From contig CAVRAI010000015.1 in the NCBI GenBank assembly GCA_963718915.1, positions 750,001 to 782,000 of the forward strand: a stretch of DNA of 32,000 nucleotides, given 5' to 3'. The notes under the pieces were generated by a model. That model made no database searches and had not been told where the DNA came from. It worked only from the letters and a program-made list of their open reading frames with translations. Both the position numbers and the translations under genes were made by a program. Of this stretch, positions 1-8,154 are shown piece by piece. The stretch's first letter is position 1; each line of letters starts with the position of its first letter. Source of the DNA: an uncultured Chloroflexia bacterium. GTDB taxonomy: Bacteria; Chloroflexota; Ktedonobacteria; Ktedonobacterales; JADMIN01.

Positions 1-450
1 GAAATGGCTGGCAAAGACTGACGGGCCAGCCGTGGCGACTGCCGACCGAGGCGGAGTGGGAGAAGGCGGCGCGTGGCGATGGACGGGCGCATCTATCCCT
101 GGGGCGATACGTTCGACAAGGCGCGCTGCAACACGGGCGAAAGCGGCATCGGCACGACCACGCCCGTCGGTCGTTATCCCAACGGCGCGAGTCCCTATCA
201 CGCGCAGGATATGGCCGGCAACGTCTGGGAGTGGACGAGCAGCCTGTTTCAGCCCTATCCCTACCGCAAAAACGACGGACGGGAGAATCCAGATTCTACT
301 GGTAATCGAGTGCTGCGTGGCGGTTCGTGGAGCGACAATTCCAGGGTTGCGCGCGCGGCCTACCGCTTCGACTTCTACAGTCCGGCCAACTTCAACGTCG
401 ACGGAGGGTTCCGTCTGGCTCTGGCGCGTGCGGCGGCTGGTTCAGCATAA
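1..450 (+). pseudogene. FGE/SUMF1-type (formylglycine-generating enzyme / sulfatase-modifying factor) domain protein, 3' part; reading frame broken twice near the window edge
   Basis: The window opens inside the gene. Frame 1 (79-450) encodes DGRIYPWGD..CNTGESG..DMAGNVWEWT..RVLRGGSW..GGFRLA, the C-terminal half of an FGE-sulfatase domain. The preceding hallmark WRLPTEAEWEKAARG is in frame 3 (33-77) and KWLAKT is in frame 2 (2-19). Frame 1 has a TGA at 19-21. This implies two 1-nt disruptions, at about 17-21 and 78-82. Confidence 0.6.
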
Positions 451-669
451 TTCTCTGGTTCTGATTTCTGAATTGCATTTACAATAGAATAACACTGACA
501 GCAGAAATGGAATGGCGGGGTGTGTTTCTGGCCGCGCGTAGCGCGGAAAATTGGGGGAAATCTAACGTCTCGCCACCAAAAGCCGCTCGTCACCTGTATG
601 ATCGCTGATGGCCGTTGCCTACCGCAAAGTCCTGCCCTTGAGCCTGCGGAACGATCCGCCTCGTCGTAG

Positions 670-963
670 CAAGCGTGGGAAGCATGCGGGAGGTCGCTCC
701 TCGTTGCGTGCGCTCCATGGGGCAGACCGAACCCAGTGCTGCGTGGCGGCTCGTGGAACAACAATTCCAGGAACGCGCGCGTGGCCTACCGCAACGACAA
801 CCAATGGGACAACTTCAACAACAACGAAGGGTTCCGTCTGGCTCTGGCGCGTGCGGCGGATGATCCAGCGTTTCCGGCCAGTAAATCCGCACGAGTCCCG
901 TTCGCGGGAAATCGACGGACGCGGCCACCATATGCTGAACCAGCGCGGTCATGTCCCGGCTGA
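670..963 (+). pseudogene. C-terminal remnant of a second FGE/SUMF1-domain gene
   Basis: Frame 1 reads [50 protein letters not shown] after a stop at 667-669. There is no N-terminal domain and no credible start. It shares a 31-nt identical block (829-859 = 406-436) and other identical blocks with the gene at 1-450. Confidence 0.45.
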
Positions 964-1116
964 GGCCAGACGACGCCGTACACGTCCTTTTGGCCAGCCA
1001 AATACAAAATAGATCTGCCTCCCGCAACCGACTGAACATGTCGGCACTAACGGCTGTGTGGTGTGTCACCCCTGCCGCGATGCGCGGGGCAGACGCTTTT
1101 TCCTGCGCGATAAGCT

Positions 1117-1173
1117 GGCGGTTGAAACCGCGCCTGAAGGGCCTGCGGCCACGAAACCCGCCTGTCGCGGGTT
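1117..1173 (+). repeat. Dispersed structured repeat, copy A (GGCGGTTGAAACCGCGCC...GGGCCTGCGGCCAC.AAACCCGCC.GTCGCGGGTT)
   Basis: The 18-mer GGCGGTTGAAACCGCGCC at 1117-1134 recurs exactly at 3847-3864 and as its reverse complement at 3998-4015. The downstream part aligns with both other copies. An internal hairpin AACCCGC-ctgtc-GCGGGTT lies at 1155-1173. Confidence 0.65.
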
Positions 1174-1292
1174 CCTCAAGCGTCCGCTCGCAATCATCTA
1201 CGGTACTGAACGGCCAGGATTAGCCGCAGAGGCTCTCAGCCTGCGGCCAGCGTTCCCATAGTCCCGCCTCGCCCAGAAAGCAGTAGAGATCC

Positions 1293-2045
1293 TCAATACC
1301 CCCGATATTGCGGCGGTTGCGGCCAGGCGGGATACGTCCGCGACTTTGGCGGCGGGAGCTTCCGCATGAATGGCCGTAGTATTAGCGCGATGAGTAGCCC
1401 CGCGACGAAGCCACCGACGTGCGCGAAATAGGCGACGCCGCCGCTATTGACCAGTTGCGGGTTGAGGCTCTGCAAGCCTGAGACCAGTTGCAGCACGAAC
1501 CACAGGCCGATGACCACCAGCGCGGGCAAAGTGGTAAACGTGATGATGATGCCGAGGAAGATCAGCGAGCGCACGCGCGCGCCGGGATAGAAGATGAGGT
1601 ATGCGCCCAGGACGCCCGCGATGGCTCCGCTCGCGCCCAGGTTGATGAGTTGCGAGTTGGGGTCCACGAAAATCTGCGCCGCCGAGGCGACCAGCCCACA
1701 GAAGAGATAGAAGATCAGATACCAGAAGTGGCCCAGCCGGTCCTCGACGTTATCGCCAAAGATCCAGAGGTAGAGCATATTGCCGCCGATGTGTAGCAGA
1801 TTCGCATGCAGGAACATCGAGGTGAGCAGTGTGATATAGACCGGCTGCGGCTGTCCATAGGCGCAACCCTGGAACGTAACCTCGGCGTTGTGGGTGATGC
1901 CATACGGGATCGTCGAATAGGCGAACTGGAAGCACTGGCCGTAGACCATCTCGGCAATGAAGACGCCAATATTGATGAGGATCAGCGTGTAGTTGACGAA
2001 TGGAAAGCGCCGTCGTGGTCCGGGATCGTCGCTGAGAGGAATCAC
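1293..2045 (-). CDS. Rhomboid family intramembrane serine protease
   Basis: Motifs present: HANLLHIGGNMLYLWIFG, GASGAIAGVLGAY (GxSG catalytic Ser) and FAHVGGFVAGL (catalytic His), with about 6 TM segments. I chose the GTG at 2045 because GAAAGG lies 9 nt upstream and third-position GC is low between 2046 and 2153. The longest ORF extends to the ATG at 2153. Confidence 0.85.
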   Translation of the reverse strand: MIPLSDDPGPRRRFPFVNYTLILINIGVFIAEMVYGQCFQFAYSTIPYGITHNAEVTFQGCAYGQPQPVYITLLTSMFLHANLLHIGGNMLYLWIFGDNVEDRLGHFWYLIFYLFCGLVASAAQIFVDPNSQLINLGASGAIAGVLGAYLIFYPGARVRSLIFLGIIITFTTLPALVVIGLWFVLQLVSGLQSLNPQLVNSGGVAYFAHVGGFVAGLLIALILRPFMRKLPPPKSRTYPAWPQPPQYRGY

Positions 2046-2254
2046 AAGCGCATGCCTTTCTATCGAGCAGATGCCGTGCGCGAGGTATGTAGGCGACACT
2101 GCTGTGCTACATCTGCTATGGCGCCATGATACCAGAGTAGTGGAAGCTGCCATAGCACGAGAATCCTATACACCGTGCGCTGGCGGCGATGTGCTAGCAT
2201 GGCAGCAGCGGCTCATCCAGTGAAGCGACAGCAGATGCAAAGGAGCACGGGGCA

Positions 2255-3754
2255 ATGGCAGCGCAGACGAGCGAGATAACGACCTACCAGAACTATATCG
2301 CTGGCGAATGGGTGGATGCGGCGAGCGGCGAGACCAGCGAGAATCACGATCCGGCGACGGGCGAGCTGATCGGCCTCTTCCCGCGCTCAGGCGCTGAGGA
2401 TGTGAACCGGGCGGTGGCGGCGGCGCGCAAGGCGTTCGATGGCTGGCGGCTGACTCCGGCGCCCAAACGTGGCGAGATTCTCTATCGCGTCGGCCAATTG
2501 CTTGCCGAACGCAAAGAGGAGATTGCCCGCGCGCTCACCCGCGAGATGGGCAAGGTGCTGGTGGAGGCGCGAGGCGACGTGCAGGAAGGCGTTGATATGG
2601 CCTTCTACATGGCGGGCGAGGGACGCCGCCTCTTTGGCAGCATTGTCCCGTCCGAGCTACCGAATAAGGCCGCCTATGGCGTGCGCGATCCGCTCGGCGT
2701 CGTCGCCTGCATCACGCCGTGGAACTTCCCGGTCGCCATCCCCAGCTGGAAGACGATGGCCGCGCTGATCGCCGGGAATACCGTCGTCCTTAAGCCCGCG
2801 ACCGATACGCCCAACTCGGCGCGGCTGCTCGTCCAGGTCTATGCCGACGCGGGATTGCCGCCGGGCGTGCTGAACTTCGTCTGCGGAACCGGCTCCGAGG
2901 TGGGGACGCCGCTGGTGCAGCATCCCGATGTCGCGGGCATCTCGTTTACCGGCTCGAACGAGGTTGGGCGCGAGGTGAATATCGAGGCGGCGCGCCAGTT
3001 CAAACGGGTGACGCTGGAGCTTGGCGGCAAGAACGCCATCATCGTCATGGACGACGCCGACCTCGAACTGGCGGTGGATGGCATCGTCTGGAGCGCCTTC
3101 GGCACCACCGGCCAGCGTTGCACCGCCGCCAGCCGCCTGATCGTCCAGACAGGCGTGCGCGCTGAGCTGGAGCAGCGCCTGCTGGAGCGCGCCACCAAGC
3201 TGCGGCTGGGCCCTGGGCTGGAGGAGACCACCGACGTTGGTCCGCTGATTAGCCGGAGCCAGCGCGACCGCGTCCATAGCTACATGGCGGTGGCCCGCGA
3301 TGAGGGCGCGCGCATTCTCACGGGCGGCGAGATCGCGACTGATGGCGAGCTGGCGCGCGGCAACTTCTACACGCCGACGTTGCTCGGCGATGTGCGTCCG
3401 GGTATGCGCGTCGAGCAGGAGGAGATTTTTGGCCCTGTGCTTTCGATTATCGAGGTGGAGTCGCTGGCGGAGGCCATCGCGGTCAACAACAACACGCGCT
3501 ACGGGCTATCCAGCAGCATCTTCACCAACAACATCAACGCGGCGCAGACGGCCATGCGCGACCTGACGACTGGCATCGTCTACATCAACGCGGGCACCAT
3601 CGGCGCGGAGATACAGCTTCCCTTCGGCGGCACGCGCGGCACGGGCAACGGCCATCGTGAGGCGGGGCTGGGTGCGCTGGAGTTCTTCACCGAGTGGAAG
3701 GCGATCTATGTGGACTACAGCGGTCGTCTCCAGCGGGCGCAGATCGATGCGTAG
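2255..3754 (+). CDS. NAD(P)+-dependent aldehyde dehydrogenase family protein
   Basis: 499-aa ORF with ALDH signatures: [19 protein letters not shown] (catalytic Glu), [13 protein letters not shown] (catalytic Cys) and EEIFGPV. An AAAGGAG SD lies 9 nt upstream of the ATG. Confidence 0.95.
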   Translation: MAAQTSEITTYQNYIAGEWVDAASGETSENHDPATGELIGLFPRSGAEDVNRAVAAARKAFDGWRLTPAPKRGEILYRVGQLLAERKEEIARALTREMGKVLVEARGDVQEGVDMAFYMAGEGRRLFGSIVPSELPNKAAYGVRDPLGVVACITPWNFPVAIPSWKTMAALIAGNTVVLKPATDTPNSARLLVQVYADAGLPPGVLNFVCGTGSEVGTPLVQHPDVAGISFTGSNEVGREVNIEAARQFKRVTLELGGKNAIIVMDDADLELAVDGIVWSAFGTTGQRCTAASRLIVQTGVRAELEQRLLERATKLRLGPGLEETTDVGPLISRSQRDRVHSYMAVARDEGARILTGGEIATDGELARGNFYTPTLLGDVRPGMRVEQEEIFGPVLSIIEVESLAEAIAVNNNTRYGLSSSIFTNNINAAQTAMRDLTTGIVYINAGTIGAEIQLPFGGTRGTGNGHREAGLGALEFFTEWKAIYVDYSGRLQRAQIDA

Positions 3755-3841
3755 CCGAAGGCGGGGCGAAGCGCGAACCAACGTCGCGGCATAATGCACC
3801 TGTACGAATTGCGACGGACAGAGTACTCCCGCCGCGTCGGA

Positions 3842-4020
3842 GCGCGGGCGGTTGAAACCGCGCCTTGCGGGCCTCGCTGGCGCTCCGCCACAAAACCCGC
3901 CGTCGCGGGTTGCAGAGAGCGTGTTCCAGGAGGATACGCGGTGGCGGGCGGTTCTGTGCAACCTGCGCAGGCAGGTTTTGTGGCCGCAGGCCCCAGAGGC
4001 GCGGTTTCAACCGCCCGCGC
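3842..4020. repeat. 179-nt imperfect palindrome made of two inverted copies (B: 3847-3911 +, C: 3960-4015 -) of the dispersed repeat
   Basis: The outer arms GCGCGGGCGGTTGAAACCGCGCC (3842-3864) and GGCGCGGTTTCAACCGCCCGCGC (3998-4020) are exact reverse complements. The inner parts align with indels; copy B carries an extra ~9-nt segment. The structure fills the gap between the convergent stops at 3754 and 4038. Confidence 0.75.
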
Positions 4021-4037
4021 CTGGACTTTATTCCACG

Positions 4038-5972
4038 CTAGAACCCGATGCTGAACGTCATATGGGCAAGCTGCTGGGCGAGGCCATCCACCAGCAGCGC
4101 CACTACCGCCAGCAACAGCACGATGCCGATTCTCGCGAACAGGCTATAGGGCGCGCTGGAGACGCGGCGTGTCTCGTCGGTGCGGGTGATGTAGAACTGC
4201 AAGAGTGTCAGGTTATACTGCATCACTTGGAGATTCTCATCGCTGCTGTCCTGCATGCCAGTGTGAGGGTCAACCGCCGAGCGCCGCCGCACATCCGCGT
4301 CGATATCGGCCCGTCGCGTCGTCAGCTCGTTCAGCCAGTGACGCCGCCAGCGAGCAATGCCCACGCGGTAGGGAATATCCAGGCCAGCCAGCAGCAACAG
4401 CGCCGGGGCCGCGAAGAGCGCCACCGTATGCAGCGTGAGCGCCTGGGTCAGCGTGCCAACGGTGACATGCGTGAAAGCGATCTGGCTCAGGCTATATTGT
4501 GGGGCAAATGCCTCCCACCCCGCCAGCCCGGCGACCGCGCCTGTCGCGAGAAAGGCCAGCACATGCAGCGCGGGGGCCAGCGCATAGCGTCGCGCCACGG
4601 GCACCCAGGCGATATTCCCGCCAAGCTCGCCGATGAACCGTAGCGCCGAGAGCAGCAGGAGCGGTAGCGTCAGAACGCTCACCGTCGCAAGGCCGACCAG
4701 CGCGGGCAGCCAGGTTCCGCGGGCAATCACCGAACCCCCAAATTCCACCCAGCCGAGCGCCGTCGTCGGCAAGACGAACGCTTGCAGGAAAAGCTGCCAG
4801 GCGCTATAGCCAAGCGCGGCGAGCATGCCAAGCAGACCAGCGGCCGTGAACAAAACACCCCAGGCGCGCAGCAGTCCCGCGAGAACGCGTGAACCCGCCG
4901 TGCTGGCGCGCGGGGAACGTAGCGTGGAGAAGACCGAGATCGCAAAAAGGTGATCCAGTTCCGCCGGGCCGCGCCGCACCAGCAGTGAGAAGAGCACCCG
5001 AGCTACGAGCGTCGCCACCGCCGCCAGCGCCAGCGTGCCTGCCGCCGCGAAAGCGCCCTGCGCCACCATGGCGATCAGCGTCACCATCAGGCCGAGCCAG
5101 AGCACCATGACCATGTCGCCGACGATGGCGGGAAACGACGTCCAGAGCAGCAGCTCCAGGTCACTCGCGCGGGCCAGCGCCGTCGCGCCACGCAGGCGGG
5201 CCAGCGACCTCCCCATGATGCGCGGATTGGCGGGCACGCTCAGATGCGCCTGCCAGTCGCGCAGCCCGATGCGCTGCAATCGCACTCTACGCCGCCAGAG
5301 GGCGGGGCGTCTGCGGGGGAGCGGAAATTGTGTATTGCTGGCGGCCATCTGGCTCTCATCACGCATGCGCTGGATGCGGCGCCCGATGGCGATGGCATTC
5401 TGGCGGTACGCCTGCTCGGCGCCACTCTGCTCCAGACGCTCCTCGGCGACGGCGATCCAGGTGCTGTCCGCGAGATCGACATAGGCGCGCACCGTCTCGA
5501 TGTAGCTGTTGGCATGCGACTTCGCCAGCCCAGAGGTTTCGAGCGCGTCAGGCAGGATGATCAGCTCGTGCGCCAGCATCTTCTGCTCGTCGAGCGTCTG
5601 GCGCGCGACATCTGGGGGCGCGACCGCGCGCATCTGCTGTGTGATGGTGACACCTCTGGCGGGCGTCTGCGGCAGTGAGGGTGATCCTGTTGACCATCCG
5701 CGCGCGATTCTGTCGCTGACGCCGAGTGTACGTGGCTGGCCAGGCTGAGATGGCGGCGCGGTGGGTCTGGCCGCCGACGAGGCCACACGCGGCGTCATCC
5801 GTGACGACTGGCCGGTGAGATCGGGTAGCCCGTACTGATTTGGGTCGTAAGGCGTCTGCGAGCCAGGCGCGGGCGCGCCACTCTGACGGCGCGGGCCGCC
5901 CGATATCTGTGAGGTGTTTGATGTCTTCGACGTGCGCGAGATGCGCGGCCCACCTGATCCCCCCGACTGCAT
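4038..5972 (-). CDS. Hypothetical polytopic membrane protein with a disordered Ser/Pro/Gly/Gln-rich N-terminus
   Basis: Long ORF. The start is placed at ATG 5972, which has a GAAGGAG SD 7 nt upstream. The upstream 40 codons of the maximal ORF are Cys/Arg/Trp-rich and look non-coding. About 10 hydrophobic segments span residues ~300-560 and one more lies at the C-terminus. I recognise no family. Confidence 0.7.
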   Translation of the reverse strand: MQSGGSGGPRISRTSKTSNTSQISGGPRRQSGAPAPGSQTPYDPNQYGLPDLTGQSSRMTPRVASSAARPTAPPSQPGQPRTLGVSDRIARGWSTGSPSLPQTPARGVTITQQMRAVAPPDVARQTLDEQKMLAHELIILPDALETSGLAKSHANSYIETVRAYVDLADSTWIAVAEERLEQSGAEQAYRQNAIAIGRRIQRMRDESQMAASNTQFPLPRRRPALWRRRVRLQRIGLRDWQAHLSVPANPRIMGRSLARLRGATALARASDLELLLWTSFPAIVGDMVMVLWLGLMVTLIAMVAQGAFAAAGTLALAAVATLVARVLFSLLVRRGPAELDHLFAISVFSTLRSPRASTAGSRVLAGLLRAWGVLFTAAGLLGMLAALGYSAWQLFLQAFVLPTTALGWVEFGGSVIARGTWLPALVGLATVSVLTLPLLLLSALRFIGELGGNIAWVPVARRYALAPALHVLAFLATGAVAGLAGWEAFAPQYSLSQIAFTHVTVGTLTQALTLHTVALFAAPALLLLAGLDIPYRVGIARWRRHWLNELTTRRADIDADVRRRSAVDPHTGMQDSSDENLQVMQYNLTLLQFYITRTDETRRVSSAPYSLFARIGIVLLLAVVALLVDGLAQQLAHMTFSIGF

Positions 5973-6146
5973 AGGTACACTCCTTCGCGAAACCACCCGA
6001 CGACGGCTCCTGCACCACCGAGGCGGTAAGCTCCATCGTGCGCAGACCACGCTTGCCTGCGCATTGTAGCAGGGTGCGTCGCTGGCGGGCAACCCGTATC
6101 ACCAAAACAGCGGTTGGCTATCTCTTACAGAGCGTAATGAGTGTCC

Positions 6147-6175
6147 TTGACAGGATAATGGTTTATAGATAAACT
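6147..6175 (+). promoter_or_regulatory. Candidate sigma70-type promoter TTGACA-N17-TAAACT overlapped by the palindrome GTTTAT-AG-ATAAAC
   Basis: TTGACA at 6147-6152, a 17-nt spacer, then TAAACT at 6170-6175, inside a locally AT-rich island about 70 nt upstream of the dioxygenase ATG. A perfect 6+2+6 inverted repeat lies at 6161-6174. A second possible extended -10, TGTCATAAT, lies at 6195-6203. Confidence 0.35.
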
Positions 6176-6244
6176 ATTTGTGGCGGACGAAAGGTGTCAT
6201 AATGCATCTGATCGCGTCGTGCCTCCAGAAAAGGAGAACAGACT

Positions 6245-7336
6245 ATGTCGGTTCTGGGGCTGCATCACATCTCGATTATCAGCGCGGACGCCCAGCGCAC
6301 CATCAACTTCTACACCAATGTCCTCGGTATGCGGCTGGTCAAGCAGACCGTCAACTTCGACGATCCTCGTAGCTACCATCTCTACTTCGGCAACGAGCAG
6401 GGCGCGCCCGGCTCCATCGTCACTTACTTCGAGTGGCCCGGCGCGGCGAAGGGACGGCCCGGCATCGGGGGCACGCACCATTTCGCGCTCCAGACCGCCA
6501 ATCGCGAGACGCTGCTGATGTGGAAGCGCCGCCTGACCGACGTGGGCCTCGCGGTTGAGGGGCCGCTGGATCGCCATTATTTCACCTCGATCTACTTCAA
6601 CGACCCCGACGGCGCGATTCTGGAGATTGCCACCATCGGCCCCGGCTGGACGATTGACGAGGCGCCCGACGCCCTCGGCATGGAGTTTCATGCGCCGCCC
6701 GCCGCGATGCTCATCCGCAACCGCGATGAGGAGCGTATCGCCGCCGAGACCTGGCCGGAGCCGGTTCCGGTTATCACGCCAGAGATGGCGCTACGGCAGG
6801 GAATGCATCACATCACCGCCATTGGTTCGGATATCCAGCGGACGCAGGCGTTCTTCGGCGATCTGCTCGGTATGCGGCGTGTCAAGATGACCAACAACTT
6901 CGACGATCCGAACTCAGCCCACTGGTACTGGGGCACAGGTGACGGACGCCCCGGCACGCTGATTACCTACTTCGAGCACGATCCCGCCAAAAAGCCGCGC
7001 AGACGGATGGGCGCGGGCCAGACACATCACTTCGCGCTGGCGGTGGCCGACGACGAGACGCAGCTTGCGTGGCGCGAGAAGTTGGTGGCGGCGGGACTAC
7101 AGGTGACGCCGGTGCTGGATCGCGTCTACTTTAAGAGCATTTACACCACCGACCCGGATGGGCATATCGTCGAGCTGGCGACGGTTGGCCCAGGCTTTGC
7201 GGTGGATGAGTCGCCCGCCGAGCTGGGGCGCTCGCTGCGGTTGCCGCCGTGGCTGGAGGATAGCCGCGCGGAAATCGCCGGTGGGCTAAAGCCGCTGACA
7301 GTGCCAGCGTGGCAACCATCGGAGGTACAGAGATGA
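6245..7336 (+). CDS. Ring-cleaving dioxygenase, tandem VOC (glyoxalase/bleomycin-resistance/dioxygenase) domains, MhqA/MhqE/MhqO-like
   Basis: Two repeated VOC modules are present (LHHISIISADAQRTINFY..GMRLVK..NFDDP..YHLYFG.. and MHHITAIGSDIQRTQAFF..GMRRVK..NFDDP..HWYWG). Each is followed by GxTHHFAL and by YF.SIY..DPDG...E.AT.GPGF. An AAGGAG SD lies 8 nt upstream. Confidence 0.9.
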   Translation: MSVLGLHHISIISADAQRTINFYTNVLGMRLVKQTVNFDDPRSYHLYFGNEQGAPGSIVTYFEWPGAAKGRPGIGGTHHFALQTANRETLLMWKRRLTDVGLAVEGPLDRHYFTSIYFNDPDGAILEIATIGPGWTIDEAPDALGMEFHAPPAAMLIRNRDEERIAAETWPEPVPVITPEMALRQGMHHITAIGSDIQRTQAFFGDLLGMRRVKMTNNFDDPNSAHWYWGTGDGRPGTLITYFEHDPAKKPRRRMGAGQTHHFALAVADDETQLAWREKLVAAGLQVTPVLDRVYFKSIYTTDPDGHIVELATVGPGFAVDESPAELGRSLRLPPWLEDSRAEIAGGLKPLTVPAWQPSEVQR

Positions 7337-7998
7337 GCGACAGGCAGAACAATAGACCCACCGACCCACATGCGCAGACGCCAGTAATGGTGGCGGGCGA
7401 GTCGCTTGCCAGCGCGCGGGCGGCGCTGGTGATGGTACATGGGCGTGGCGCATCGGCGGAGGATATTCTTTCGCTGGCGGATGTGCTGGATGTCGCGGGC
7501 TACGCGCTGCTCGCGCCGCAGGCCGCTGGATTTCAATGGTATCCGTATCCATTCACCGCGCCAACGGAGCAGAACGAGCCGTATCTCTCGTCCGCATTGA
7601 CGAAGGTGGGCAGCGTGCTGGCGCAGGTCGCCGACGCGGGCATCCCACTGGAGCGGACGGTTCTGCTCGGCTTCTCGCAGGGCGCATGTCTCTCACTGGA
7701 GTATGCCGCTCGCAATGCGCAGCGCTACGGTGGTGTCGCGGGACTTTCGGGCGCGTTGATTGGCCCGGATGGCGCGCCGCGCGACTATCCTGGCTCGCTC
7801 GCTGGCGTCCCTATCTTCCTGGGATGCAGCGACGTGGATCCACACATCCCGGCGGCGCGTGTGCGTGAGAGCGCCTCAGTGCTGGAACGGCTGGGTGCGG
7901 CGGTGACGATGCGCCTGTATCCCGGCCTCGGCCATACGGTCAGCCGCGACGAGGCGGACGAGGTCAACAAGATTCTGTCTGCCGCGCGTGGAGCATGA
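7333..7998 (+). CDS. Phospholipase/carboxylesterase-family alpha/beta hydrolase (MhqD-like)
   Basis: VMVHGRGASAEDIL and the nucleophile elbow GFSQGA are present, with C-terminal D and H candidates (CSDVDPHIP, GLGHTV). ATG 7333 overlaps the upstream stop (ATGA at 7333-7336), and a GGAGG SD lies 7 nt upstream at 7321-7325. Confidence 0.85.
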   Translation: MSDRQNNRPTDPHAQTPVMVAGESLASARAALVMVHGRGASAEDILSLADVLDVAGYALLAPQAAGFQWYPYPFTAPTEQNEPYLSSALTKVGSVLAQVADAGIPLERTVLLGFSQGACLSLEYAARNAQRYGGVAGLSGALIGPDGAPRDYPGSLAGVPIFLGCSDVDPHIPAARVRESASVLERLGAAVTMRLYPGLGHTVSRDEADEVNKILSAARGA

Positions 7999-8154
7999 GG
8001 CTGAACGAGAGTTGTGGCCGCTTTGGGGCGCTGTACCTGGCATGTAGAATGGAGGTACGGCGTCTCGTTTTCTCCGACGATGCTTCAGGAGCGAACGATA
8101 AGGTGGAGGATCCGCTATGAGGCGCTGATGGCCTACGAAGTCGTGAGGTGTATC

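Noticed and set aside
32-487. A 151-aa frame-2 ORF across the FGE gene.
   Set aside because: It is an alternative frame of a region whose frame-1 and frame-3 translations carry the FGE motifs. Its own product is Arg/Ala/Thr-rich with no motifs.
815-1069. Minus-strand ORF whose product (..[28 protein letters not shown]..) loosely resembles the HxLRH..ATHLLEAGVDL region of tyrosine recombinases, hinting at an integrase remnant beside the FGE fragments.
   Set aside because: The catalytic R/H residues are not conserved and the similarity spans only about 20 residues. It also overlaps the FGE remnant frame on the other strand. This is too weak to report as a mobile-element feature without a profile search.
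1223-1247. Hairpin GCCGCAG-N11-CTGCGGC just downstream of the rhomboid gene stop, considered as an intrinsic terminator. Similarly, a bulged hairpin plus TTTTT at about 1071-1100.
   Set aside because: No U-tract follows the 1223-1247 hairpin on the minus strand. The 1071-1100 structure has a weak, bulged stem and no upstream intact gene to terminate.
1117-4020. Possible CRISPR array, because the repeat contains GTTGAAAC-like sequence.
   Set aside because: There are only three copies. Two are inverted relative to each other, the spacing is irregular (about 2.7 kb and about 50 nt), there are no cas genes, and the units differ internally. It behaves like a dispersed REP/MITE-type element rather than an array.
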